64,000 nucleotides of DNA, taken from the NCBI RefSeq assembly GCF_963921235.1, contig NC_086097.1:100008001-100072000 (forward strand), written 5' to 3'. This DNA comes from Mobula hypostoma. Taxonomy: Eukaryota. The position numbers and the translations under genes were made by a program. A model generated the notes under the pieces. It was not told the DNA's origin. It did not search any database and saw only the letters and a list, made by a program, of their open reading frames with translations. Each line of letters starts with the position of its first letter. Within the stretch, counting starts at the first letter, position 1. Positions 52,110-64,000 of the stretch are shown here, in pieces.

Positions 52110-53405
52110 GTACACTGCGAGAACTAGATCCTATGTATAAATTTTGTGACCCTTGTATAAGATCAGGTGTGCTGGCATTGAAGGGGTTGCAGAGGAGGAT
52201 CAAAAGAATGATTCTGGGAAAGAAAGGGTTAATGTATAAGGAGAGTTTGATGGTTCTAGGTCTGTACTCACTGACGTTTAGAAGAAAGAGGGGCAAGCTC
52301 ATTGAAACCTATCAAATATTGAAAGGCCCAGATAGAGTGGATGTGGAGAGGCTGTTTCCTATGGTGGGGGAGTCTAGGACCAGAGGGCACAGCCTCAGAA
52401 TAGAGGGATATACCTTTAGAACGGAGATGAGGAATTCTTTAGCCAGAGGTTGGGGAATCTGTGGAATTCGTTGCCACAGGCCACTGTGGAGGCCAGATCA
52501 TTGGGTGTACTTAAGTTGGAGGTTGATAGGTTTTGGTTAGTCAGGGTGTGAAAGTTTACAGGGAGAAGGTAGGAGATGGGGTTGAGAGGGAAATGGATCA
52601 GCCATGATGAAATGGTGGAGCAGATGATGGGCCGAATGGCCTAATCATGCTCCTATGTCTCGTGTTATAAATCATTTGGAATGTTATCTCAAAAAAAGTA
52701 TGTACATGAAAATGAATGACATGCCAGAATAATTCAAATAATTAATAATTTAGGATTCCATAACGGTTAACACGCAGGTTGAATTGGTAGTGAAGAAGGT
52801 AATGCAGCATTAGTGTTTATTCAAGGAGACTAGAATATTAAAGCAAGGATGTGACACTGAAGCTTTATAAGACATTGATCAGACCACATTTTGTTATTGT
52901 GCTCAGTTTCTAAGGAATGATGTGCTGGCATTGGAAAAGATCTAGAGGAGGTTCGCAGGAGTGATCCCAGAAATGAAAGGGTTGATGTAGTATGAGATTG
53001 TTCGCTGGCTCTGGGCCTGTCCTTGCTCAAAAGAATGAGTGGAGTTCTCTTTTTAACACCTACCCAATATTGCAGGAGCTAGACAGAGTGTGGACACAGA
53101 GACCATGTTTCTAATAGTGAAAAAGTCTAGGACCAGAGGGCACAGAAGGATGTCCTTTCAGAACAAAGATGAGGAGGAATTTCTTTTGCCAGAGAGTGGT
53201 GAATCTGTGGAAATCATTGTCACAGATGGGCGTGGAAGTCATTGGATGTATCAAAAGCAGAGGCTGATGGGTTCTTGATTAGCGAGGGCATCAAAGGTTA
53301 CAGGGAAAAGGAAGGAGAATGGGGCTGAGAAGGAAAGTAAATTATCCAGAATCAAATAGCAGAGCAGAACTGATGCATCAAATGCCCTAATTCTGTCTTG
53401 TGGTC
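52110..53405 (+). mobile_element. Two tandem degenerate CR1 3' fragments
   Basis: GLYSL.FRR.RG.LIETY.IL, SRTRGH. Confidence 0.8.
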
Positions 53406-56400
53406 ACAAATAATTGTACAATTCATACTGAGAATGATGTGTCCTACACATTTTGTAATATTTATGAATAAATTATTATCAATATATAGAAAAAATCTTG
53501 CTCTTGAATCAATACTGATGGTCAAGACCAAAGCACCATGTGTGATTTTTGAAGGTGACAGTTGTAACATTATAATTAAAAAAAATGTTGGAAATACTCA
53601 GCAGATCAGACAGTATCTATTGAAATACAAGCAGTTAATGTTTCAAGTTGGAGACCCTTTGTTGAACTGGGAAAGAGATAGAAAAATGTTATTTTAAGTT
53701 GCAGAGAATGTGGCAGGAGCGATTAATGGGACAAATGTTATATTTGACAGGGTAAGTCCAGGTCAAATGGATTAATGTGACAATTAAAGCATGATTATGC
53801 TTCTTTGTCAGTGATGTATGTTGCTAATAGCAGGGCAGCAAATTAGGCTGAACTAATGGAGAGAAAAACAGAGAAAATCACAGATGGATGACTTGAAGCA
53901 GAAATGGTTTGTTCTGATTCAGAGAAAGTGGGTGATTTGATATTGCGTCTGAAAGGCTGCAGCTTGACTAGATGGAAGCTGAGGTGCTCTTCCTCAGGCT
54001 TGCATTGAGCCTCATTGTAATGGTTTAAGGGGCCATAAACAAGTTGGAGTGAGAATAGGATGTAGAATTAAAGTGACAGATGTTCGGTACAATGCTCAGT
54101 GTAAGATGTAGGAGCATTCTGTAGTTGGAGGGGAAGGCAGGCATTTCTGTTGTTGTAGATGAAATTCCAAGATGTTATGTTTCTTCTGTTGAATCGTGGT
54201 CAAGGATACTGAGGAACTGGAGAACATTCTGGAGGGGAATGGTGAACAGTCAGAGGTTCTGGTCCATGTCAGTTCCATCGGCAAGAGATAAAAACCAAGG
54301 ATGAAGTCCTGCAGGTGAATTTTAAGGAGTTAGGAAAGAGGTTGAGAAGCAGGACATCTTAATCTTTGGCACATGACTCCAGGAGTATTCCAATGGAAAT
54401 GCAAACAAAGGTTAGCTTTATTTGTTGCATATATTGGTTTCTTTAGTCAGGGAGTGGTGAATATGTGGAATTCTTTGCCACAAGCATCTGTGGAGGCCAA
54501 ATCTTTGTGTATATTTAAGGCAGAAGATGATAGATTCTTGGCTGGTCAGGGCATGAAGGGATACTGGAAGAAGGATATTGGAACTAAGAGGAAAATTGGA
54601 TTAGCCATGAGGAAATGGCAGAACAGACTTGATGGGTCAAATGGCTGCATTCTGCTCTTAACTCTTTTGGTTTGCTGTCACGTACATTGAAATGTGTTGT
54701 TTGCATCAAATGAAATTAATGAGAATTGTGCTGGACGGCCCACACGTGTCGCCACGCTTCTGGCATTGACGTAACATGCCCACAACTCTCGAACCGTAAC
54801 AGTACATCTTTGGAATGTGGGAGGAAAATGGACACCTGGAGGGACACTATGCAGCCAGGAGCCAAATCTACAAATTCTCTGCAGACAGTGGCGGGAAAGG
54901 AATCTCGATCGCTGATCGCTGGTGCTGTAAGGCGTTACACTAACTACTACACTGAGCGTTTCCAGCGTTTTCTGTTTCAATTTCAGATCTCCAACATCAG
55001 CAATATTTTCCTTTGCTTCTACTGATTCACAGCAAATTCCACATCCTTGTGTTAAGACCAGCTGCAAAGTTGTTGTTAATATAGCATAGAGCACATATAA
55101 GCTGATCAGTTGGTGATTATGGTAGGAGATCTGTTTCCATGTGGTATCTCTCTGTGATTCTGAACAAAGCTGAGCCAAAGAAGGGAGAACACTGATCCTA
55201 TACAGTTAGATGGTACAGATAGAGAAAAGAAGGAAGGCAAAATTCTGTAAGAGTTGTAATCTGAGAGAAGGAAACTTTAATTCGCACAAGTGACTTAAAA
55301 TGCTCAGGAAATAGTCACTGGAAAGGACATCAGAGGAATAGGAGGTATTTAAGAAAAAAGTTCAAGATGTTCCCACAAACAAGGCCAGGACTGTAGCCTC
55401 TGAAACCTCTGGATGATGAAGATAAAATAAAGCTAAAAGGGCAAAGTGTATTCAGACATTGAGATTTTAAAGCAACAGAAACTCTGGGGGAGTTTAGGGG
55501 GTGAAGAAATTTATGTAAAAGAGGGTTTTGAGCCATCATTTTGGTGCCAATCTAAAAGGATCCATGAAGCGAAATCCTATCAAATACACATCCATTACGG
55601 CTGAAATGTAAACAGAACAAAAACACTAGATATGCTCCACAGGTCAGGCAGCATTTGCACAAGCTGTTATTGTTTCAGCTTTCAGATCCTTCATCAGAAC
55701 TGCTGAAGGTCTCAGTCGAGGTATGTTAACACAGATCTCTTTCTACTGATGTTACCAGACCCACTAAGCGATTCCGGCACGTTCTGGTTTTATTTCAGAA
55801 CAGCAAGTTTAAAAAAAAATCTTAATTTATTCTGTGACTGTGACAAGAATTTCTACCATACTATCCTTTCAGGTAATGAGTCCTATATCCCCATCATCTG
55901 AGTGGAAAAGAAATTCCTCATCTCTACTCTCGCCTTTTATTTTGCTTTAAATCTATGTCCTGTTTCTCTGAGCTGCTGTTGAGGGAAGTAGGTCTTTCCT
56001 ATTTACTCACTTAGACCTCTCACGATTTTATGCTCCTCAATTAAATCTTCCCTCACCTTTCATTTCCAAACAACATAGCTCTAATCTATTCAATCTTCTC
56101 TGAAACATAACCCTTTGATTCCTGAAACGGTTTTGGATCCAATTTCTACTCTTGAATCCCAAAGGTTTTTATTCTATGTTTGATTTATGCTAAAATCCAT
56201 GCAAATCACACACACAATGTGGGTTATTAAGCTTCCCTTTGACCTCCTCAAGACATCACTTTAGTTGACTGCCCCTGATTCTGAATAAACATTTGTATAT
56301 CCTTCAGAATGATACAATAATTCATTCACATATGAAGTAAAGCTAACTAGTCTGTAACCTCAGTTACAATAGAAAGTCATAGGTCTGAAGTGTTAATTCT

Positions 56401-56689
56401 AATTTTCTCTCTGTAGATGCTGCCTGATCTGGTGAATATTTCCAGCATTTTTCCTTTTATTTCAGATCCCAAGCATCTGCACAGTTTTTATTTTAGTTGA
56501 TGTTTAATTATGTGACTTATTTGTTCATTGATAAAATAAAAGTAGAACTCTATCAGACTTCCTGTTCTCTGCCACCAATCCAGTGGGCTTGGAGGATTGA
56601 AAAGTCCAGTCTACGTCATTCTCCCCGACTTCTTTCAAAAGCCTAAGATCTATTTCATTTGGGCCTGGAGTTTGTATTTTCAAAGATGA

Positions 56690-57312
56690 TAAACTTCCCA
56701 CTCCCATTCTGTCTTTCCCATCTCTCCGAGCTCTCCTTCCCTTTTCCCCCTCCTCCTCTCATCCATCACTTCTTGCCTTCCCTATCTCAAGCCATCCATC
56801 TCCCATCCCATCTCCCATTCCCTTCTGCCAACTTTACTCCCACTCTCTGTCTTCCATTCCTATGCCTTTTCTATTTCTAAATCTGCTTTCTTCTCTTCCC
56901 TTCCCCTAAATCACTGTTTCTGCATCTCATACTTTTCCTCCTCCCCTTGCTTTCCATACTCCACCTCTCCACAACTACTCCTTCTCCACAACTCCTTTTT
57001 CTTAATCCACCACCCTTTTTCCCAATCCCTCTTTCCTTCTTCAGCCTCCAGCCCCTCTTTCCCCTTACTGTCAATCTTCATTTTTCTTTTCCCATGTGTA
57101 TATCACCAATCTTCCTCTCACTGCCTTCATTTTATTCCTTTTCCTTACCTTCCTTTCTTTCTAACATTTCTTCTCTGCACTTCTCCGTCCAACCCTTCTC
57201 CACTTCCCCTGCCTCCTCTTTCTTCTCCCCTCTCTCTTTTCTCTCCTCTCTCTCCCATCTCCCTTTCTCTCTCCCTCCCCTCCCTCCACCCCATCCCCTC
57301 CTGCCGTCCCAA
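56690..57312. repeat. Pyrimidine-rich (CT) low-complexity tract
   Basis: About 600 nt, strongly C/T-rich on the plus strand. Confidence 0.85.
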
Positions 57313-57699
57313 TGAGGAACATAGGAAAAGTGAATGTGCACAGTCTTTTTTCTGAGTTTAGGAATCAAGAAATAGTGGTCATAGTTTTAAGGACAGTGGG
57401 ATAGATTTAATAAGAACCTGAGGGGCAACTTTTTCCATCTAGAGCATGGTCAGTATATGGAATTATCTGCTGGAAGAAGTGGTTGAGGCAAGTACATTGA
57501 TAAGACACTTGAACAGATACATGGGTGGGAAAGCAATAGAGGTATGGGCCTACTGCAGGCAAATGGGACAGTCTTAATTGGGAATCTTGGATGACTTGGA
57601 CCAGTTGGAATGAAGAGTCTGCATATTTCTGTTACTGTGAAGTTCATTACATTGGATTTATTGATTAGCATCAGTGATACTGTTGCCTAGATCTTAGGA

Positions 57700-58312
57700 G
57701 AACTTTTTTCTTGAAATAACTTTGGAATAATAGGAAGCTATCAAAGACTATTGGAGTGGAATACATAATGCCCTACAAGACATCTTTAAATGTGAAATAC
57801 CCTTGGAGAGTAAGTCCATATATTTTGGGTATATACCTCAAGAATGTTTGAAAAGAGATAAATATTTAATGAATGTACTGTTGGTGGCTGATAAAAAGAT
57901 CCTTACCAGGAAATGGCTATCTCAGGAGAGCCCAACTTTAAATGTATGGATGGAAATTACAACAGACATTTACAAAATGGAGAAGATAACAGCATCTGTT
58001 AATCATAAATTGGAACAATTTTATTCATACTGGAAAAATGGTTTAACTACATAACACCTCATAGGCCTGATTTTATTCTCACAAGTCAATGAATATGTTG
58101 TAAAATAAAGATCACTCCCTACTCTGTACATAGTTTTCTTCTTTCGATTGTTCTTTCTTTCCTCTTTTGTCTATAAGTGTATACCTCAGATAACTATTAT
58201 TTGGAGATTTGTGACAAATATGATTATATGATATATATGTACAGTATCTGAAATACATGTTATGGAAATGTTTGATGAAATTCAATAAAAAAAAAGTTAC
58301 AAAAAAAAGGAA
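57700..58312 (+). mobile_element. L1/Tx1-clade LINE 3' end with poly(A)
   Basis: LLVADKKILTRKWL..ESPTL..W...YKMEKIT; AATAAA plus A-rich tail. Confidence 0.75.
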
Positions 58313-58979
58313 TAATAGCATGCAATTTCTTGTGTTGGTCTAAGCAAACAGTGTGTACAAACTGCTCAAGGAACTGAGTTGATCAGGCAGCGTCTGTGAA
58401 AGAAAATGGACAGTTGACAGTTTGGATTGAAACTGCTGGGTTAGACTGTTTAATTATTATTTTCCTTGCAATCACTTATCTGCTTGTATTTTGTATAACT
58501 GCTTACATACATGTAACTGTTTAGTATGTTTCCTGGTGGTCATACTATGTATATGCAGTTATTCAGTGGGTCCCTAGTTGGGGGGGGGGAGGGGGAGGGG
58601 GAGGGGTTACAGTTCTTTGTAACATTCCAGAAAGTTACCTCGGTACTGCATGATTTGAATTGGGGCTATCTGATTGGTTAACTCTTATCTATGAATTTGA
58701 ATGGAACGTTTCTTATCTATGGGGTATAAAAAGAGCTGATACGCAGCACTTCCATCTTTTGCTTCTCCTCTCCCTTCTACTGCTAGGCTCAGCTCCTGTT
58801 ACTATCCATTCATAATTTTCTTTGTTCTATTGACACCTAATAACATCATTGTGAAGCAATGCAGGCCGGGTCTTCATGCACTGCCACTGGTTCCCTTGTC
58901 TCCCCTTCCCCCACCACCACTCTGCAATCCCGTGTCTCTCAGGTCCTACTGCCAGCTCCTCTCATCCATGCCAGGTTTT

Positions 58980-61510
58980 CACCATCACCAACATTCCCCT
59001 CTCGGGGGCAGTAAGGGTCTCACCTTTGTCCCCCGCACCCATACCTCAGTGAGTTGAATCCGTCATGATGCTGAGCTCTTCTTCCACCGCCTTAGTCCCA
59101 AGCCTACTTCTTTGGTAAGGATTCTCCACCCGCATCGATGGGCCCTTCTCCTGTCTTCAACCCTCCTCCTCTTCCTGGATATCCCCCCCCCCCCAATCTT
59201 CTGCCTGCTATGGACCTTTTCATTGCCAACTGCCGACAGGATATTAACTGTCTAGACTTCAACACTCCTCTCTCCTATTCCAACCTTACTCCTTCCGAAT
59301 GCTCAGCTCTCCACTCCCTCCGCACTAATCCTAACCTCACCATCAAACCCGCAGATAAGGGGGGCGGCTGTAGTAGTCTGGCATACTGACCTCTACCTTG
59401 CTGAGGCCCAGAGCCAACAGTCACACACCTTCTCTTACTTACTCCTCGTACAGGACCCCACTAAGGAGCACCAGGCCAACGTCTCCCACACCATCACCAA
59501 CGTTATTGACTCTGGGGATCTTCCGTCCATCGCCACCAACCTCATAGTTCCCGCACCCCGCACCTCCCGTTTCTACTGCCTATTCAAGGTCCACAAACCC
59601 ACTTGTCCAAGTAGACCCATTATTTCAGCTTGTTCCTGCCCCAATGAACACATATCAGCATACTTCAACTCTGTCTTATCCACCCCCCCCCCGCCCCAGT
59701 TCAGTCCCTTCCCACCTACATCCGTGACACTTCACATGCTCTGGATCTTTTCAATGACTTCAAGTTCCCTGGCCTCCATCATCTTATTTTCACTATGGAT
59801 GCCCAGTCCCTAAACACCTCCATCCCCCATCAGGAAGGTCTCAAAGCTCTCTGTTTCTTTCTGGACACCAGACCTAACAAGTTCCCCTCCACCTAGTGGA
59901 ACTTGTCCTCACTCTAATTTCTCTTTTGGCTCCTTCCATTTCCTTCAAACAAAAGGTGTAGCCATGGGCACTCACATGGGTCCCAGCTATGCCTGCCTGT
60001 TGTCAGCTACGTGGAACAGTCCATGTTCCAAGCCTCCATTGCTGACGGTCCCGCACTTTTCCTACACCACATTGACGACTATATTGGTGCTGCTTCCTGC
60101 ACCCATGCTGAACTCGTTGACTTCATCCACTTCGCCTCCAACTTCTACTCTACCCTCAAATTTACCCGTTCCATTTCTGGCACCTCCCTCCCCTTTCTCA
60201 ATGTCACTGTCTCTATTTCTGGAGACATCTTATCTACTGATGTCTACTATAACCCCACGGACTCGCACAGCTGCCTGGACTATACCTCTTCCCACCCTGT
60301 TACTTTGAAAAACCCCATCCCCTTCTCTCAATTCCTCTGTCTCCACCACATCTGCTCTCAGGATGAGGCTTTTCATTCTAGAACGAAGGAGATGTCCTCC
60401 TCCTTCAAAGAAAGGGGCTTCCCTTCCTCCACCATCAATGCTGCCCTCAATCACATCTCTTCCATTTCACGCACGTCTGCTCTTACTCCATCCTCCCGTC
60501 ACCCTACCAGGGATAGGGTTCCTCCTGTCCTCACCTACCACCCCACCAGCCTCTGTATCCAGCACATAATTCTCCAAAACCTCTGCCATCTCCAACAGAA
60601 TCCCACCACAAGCACACCTTTCCCTCTCCTCCCACCCTCACTTTATGCTTTCTGCAGGGATCACTCCCTACGCAACTCCCTTGTCCATTCTTCCCTCCCC
60701 CGATCTCCCTCCTGGCACTTATCCCTGCAAGTGGAACAAGTACTACAGTTGCCCCTACACCTCCTCCCTCACTACCATTCAGGGCCTTAAACAGCCCTTC
60801 CAGGTGAGGCGACACTTCACCTGTGAGTCTGTTGGGGTCATTTACTGTGTCCGGTGTTCCTGGTGTGGCCTTCTGTATATCAGTGAGACCCGACATAGAT
60901 TGGGAGACCACTTCGTCGAGCATCTACACTCTGTCCACCAGAACAAGCAGGATCTCCCTGTGGCCACGCATTTTAATTCCACTTCCATTTCCATTCCGAT
61001 ATGTCCATCCATGGCCTCCTCCACTGTCATGATTAGGCCACACTTAGGTTGGAGGAACAACACTTTGTATTCTGTTTGGGTAGCCTCCAACCTGATGGCA
61101 TGAACATTGATTTCTCAAACTTCCGGTAAAGCCCCCCCCCCACTCCTTCACCATTTCCCATCCCCTTTTCCCTCTGACCTTACCTACTTGCCGGCCCATT
61201 GCCCTCCTCTGGTGCTCCTCCCCCGCACCTTTTCTTTCTTCCATGGTCTTCTGTCTCTTTCACCAAATCAACTTCTAAGCTCTACTTCATCCCTCCCCCT
61301 CCAGGTTTCACCTGTCACCTGGTGTTTCTCTTTCCCCTCTCCTACCTTTCAAATCTACCCTCAGCTTTTTTTCTCCAGTCCTGATGAAGAGTCTTGGCCA
61401 AAATGTCGACTGTTCACTCTTTTCCATAGGTGCTGCCTGGCCTGCTGAGTTCCTCCAGCATTTTGTGGGTGTTGCTCAGATTACCAGCATCTGCAGATTT
61501 TCTCTCGTTT
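58980..61510 (+). mobile_element. Penelope-like element (RT + GIY-YIG endonuclease), frameshifted, with terminal hammerhead
   Basis: IKPADKGG, KVHKP..RPIIS, GVAMGTHMGPSYA, HIDD, VIYCVRC..CGLLYISET.HRL..HF.EHL; hammerhead at 61376-61412. Confidence 0.93.
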
Positions 61511-61639
61511 GTGATTGTGCAGGAACAAGTTTTGTGCCTCTCTCCTGACTTCTGAGAGAACCTTGGAGTGAAACATCAGAATGCAACAAAAGTCTGCGTC
61601 TCCACTGAAAAAGTAGAGCAAAGATGGCCAGTATAAAGA

Positions 61640-62062
61640 GGTGAGGAGAGTAAGGACTGGCAAGCAGTGAGTGAGTGGATCCAGGTGAGGACAAGGACTG
61701 GCAAGCAGTGAGTGAGTGGATCCAGGTGAAGACAAGGACTGGCAAGCAGTGAGTGAGTGGATCCAGGTGAAGACAAGGACTGGCAAACAGTGAGTGAGTG
61801 GATCCAGGTGAAGACAAGGACTGGCAAGCAGTGAGTGAGTGGATCCAGGTGAGGACAAGGGCTGGCAAACAGTGAGTGAGTGGATCCGGGTGAGGAGGGT
61901 GAGGACTGGCAAGCAGTGAGTGAGTGGATCCAGGTGAGGACAAGGACTGGCAAGCAGTGAGTGAGTGGATTCAGGTGAGGACAAGGACTGGCAAGCAGTG
62001 AGTGAGTGGATCCAGGTGAGGACAAGGACTGGCAAGCAGTGAGTGAGTGGATTCAGGTGAGG
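61640..62062. repeat. 41-bp minisatellite, about 10 copies
   Basis: Unit GGTGAGGACAAGGACTGGCAAGCAGTGAGTGAGTGGATCCA. Confidence 0.95.
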
Positions 62063-63014
62063 GGGGCTAAATGGCAGGTGGATAAGAGAAGAAGAACAGA
62101 AGCTGGGAGGTGCCACGTAGAGCTAACAAAAAGCTTCAGATTCAACAACTTCTCAGAGAAGTAGCACCTATATGCTTGGTGTTTGCAGTACTGCAATATC
62201 GAGGAGTGAGATGAGGACCAGGGATCTACAGGGGCATGGAGAAACCAAAGCTCCAGTTATTGTTCAGGATAGAGTATTATCTTCCCTAAATTGACTTGGG
62301 CTTACAAATTCAATGGCACAATGCTAAGGAAAATGCTGTTCTAAAGTTCAAAAACCAGGTTAGCACAGAGTGAGGAATTCTTGCAAAAATTTCTAGGTGT
62401 ATTGATGAGAATAATTAACACAATGAGCTTGTTTTTTAGACAAGAATTTTATTTGCTAATATTGTTTTCCCTGTGAATAAACCACATATTTTAACCAGAC
62501 TCAATTGAAAACTGACCCTTCACTCACAGAAGTAGCTGTTATCAATGCTAAAGTTTCAGAAACAAATGTTACTTCAAAGGCCAGTCACAGTCATCGTGGA
62601 ATGGTAGCTGCCCACCATCCTACATGCTCATGGCTAACTCAGCACAGGTGACTGTATTCTATCCTCTACCTTTGTGGAAGCTGTACGTGCCATGGTGCTG
62701 TGAGCCGTCAGTGCTCTTCACGTGACTCCAGTAGCTCCTACAGGACAGGTAAATAGAGTTTGGGATTCCGTTCCAGGGATTACAATAAAAAAAAAACACC
62801 TGTTAAGTGATATTGCAGTTATTACGTATTTGCCAGCAATATTATATCTCATCAAACAAGTCTCTTGGGCATGGGAGTAATCTCTGCATGCAAAGGCAGT
62901 GAGTAAGTTAAGTAACAATGAATGGGGCTGTTCAGGTGCAATATAATTAGACCTGATCCTGCTCAAAGTCAGTTTCTCCTGGTAGCATGGGTCATCTGTT
63001 TGAACACCCACCAG

Positions 63015-63160
63015 ATGTACGATCGTCTCCTGCAAGCGGACGTCCAGGTGCCCCGTCCATTCCAGCAGACAGGGGACCTGTTTCCAGCAGATACCCCTCT
63101 AGAAATCGTCATTGTCCCCTGTGGAAGGCATTGCTTGCATGAGCACTATACATCCCGCAG
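63015..63160 (+). CDS. Candidate exon of an unidentified plus-strand gene (MYDRLLQADVQVPRPFQQTG...HEHYTSR)
   Basis: Open frame in unique, CpG-containing DNA ending in strong donor CAG|GTGAGT (phase 2); no recognised homology. Confidence 0.3.
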
Positions 63161-63469
63161 GTGAGTTAATTCATCAGTCTCTCCAGGACTATCAACAAAG
63201 CAATGAACATGCTTCCTGCCATTCCTAATCAATAGTGAGCCACTGGAAAGGAATCATCACTCAGTAGTATCAGGAAGAGCGCTGGTGTACCCTTAAAGAT
63301 TGGTTAATGAGTTTACTGCTGCTTTGCAAAGTCTGTCAGCTTGAGTATTTCAGAGGAGATGCAGATTATGGATGCTGGAATTTGGAACAACACACATAGA
63401 AAAGTCACTGGAATATAGAGGGTCAGGCAGCAACTTCTAAAGGGACCCTATCACTAAACCTATCTTTAC

Positions 63470-64000
63470 CTACCCCCACTACCTCCTCTACATTAGTGAG
63501 ACCCTCCGCATCATCCACCACAAGCGGCACTTCCCAGTGGCCAAACATTTTAATTCCGATTCCCATTCACATTCTGACATGTCAATGCACGTCCTCTTCT
63601 TTTGCCAAGATGTGGTCACCCTTGGGGTGGAGAAGCAACGCCTTGTATTCCGTCTGGGTTCCCTCCAACTTGATGGTATGAATGCTGATTTCTCCTCCTG
63701 GTGAACAAAGTCTCTGTCCCTCCACCCCCACTCTGTTCCCCACTCTGACCTTTCACTTCTTCTCATCTGCCTGTTACTTCCCCCTGGGTCCACTCTCCCA
63801 TCAGATTCTTTCTTCTCCAGCCCTAGACCTGTCCACCCATGTGGCTTCACCTGTCACCTTCCAACTAGTCTCTTTCTTCCACCCCACACCTTTTAAGTCA
63901 GGCATCTTCTCCACCCCACCCTCCTTCCATCTCAGTCCTGAAGAAGGGTTTTGGCCTGTTTACTCTTTTCCCTGGATGCTGCCTGATTTGCTAAATTTCC
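63470..64000 (+). mobile_element. Penelope-like 3' fragment with degenerate hammerhead
   Basis: Matches 60880-61460. Confidence 0.8.

Noticed and set aside
56659..57368. Pro/Ser/Phe-rich or Glu/Lys/Gly-rich ORFs
   Set aside because: Translations of a low-complexity CT tract
61640..62062. CRISPR-like array, or repetitive proteins from ORFs 61476-62116
   Set aside because: Head-to-tail identical units with no unique spacers, eukaryotic context and no cas genes; the ORFs are artefacts of the repeat

Overview
Repeat-rich vertebrate genomic DNA. The repeat repertoire (CR1, Penelope-like, Rex1/Babar, V-SINE) suggests a cartilaginous fish, possibly a ray; this is inference. The only clear host gene is the 5' two-thirds of DCAF4 (WDR21) on the minus strand. 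It has a CpG-rich NRF1-motif promoter at ~38.3-38.5 kb, a probable non-coding exon 1, and eight coding exons (27830 down to 2872; 805 nt, all phases consistent); the 3' end was not found and probably lies left of the window. Its splicing is unusual, with one U12-type minor intron (2952-4695) and one probable GC-AG intron. Most of the rest is transposon-derived: CR1, Penelope-like, Nimb/I-clade, Hero, Rex1/Babar, L1, Tc1, hAT, a Harbinger MITE, a solo LTR and SINEs. The most interesting signal is a family of ~100-240 nt insertions, several with target-site duplications, built around the minimal hammerhead ribozyme of the Penelope terminus. They occur as single copies or back-to-back foldback pairs, and one copy with an intact catalytic core lies sense to the DCAF4 pre-mRNA. 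Almost all long ORFs in the ORF track are TE fragments or antisense artefacts.
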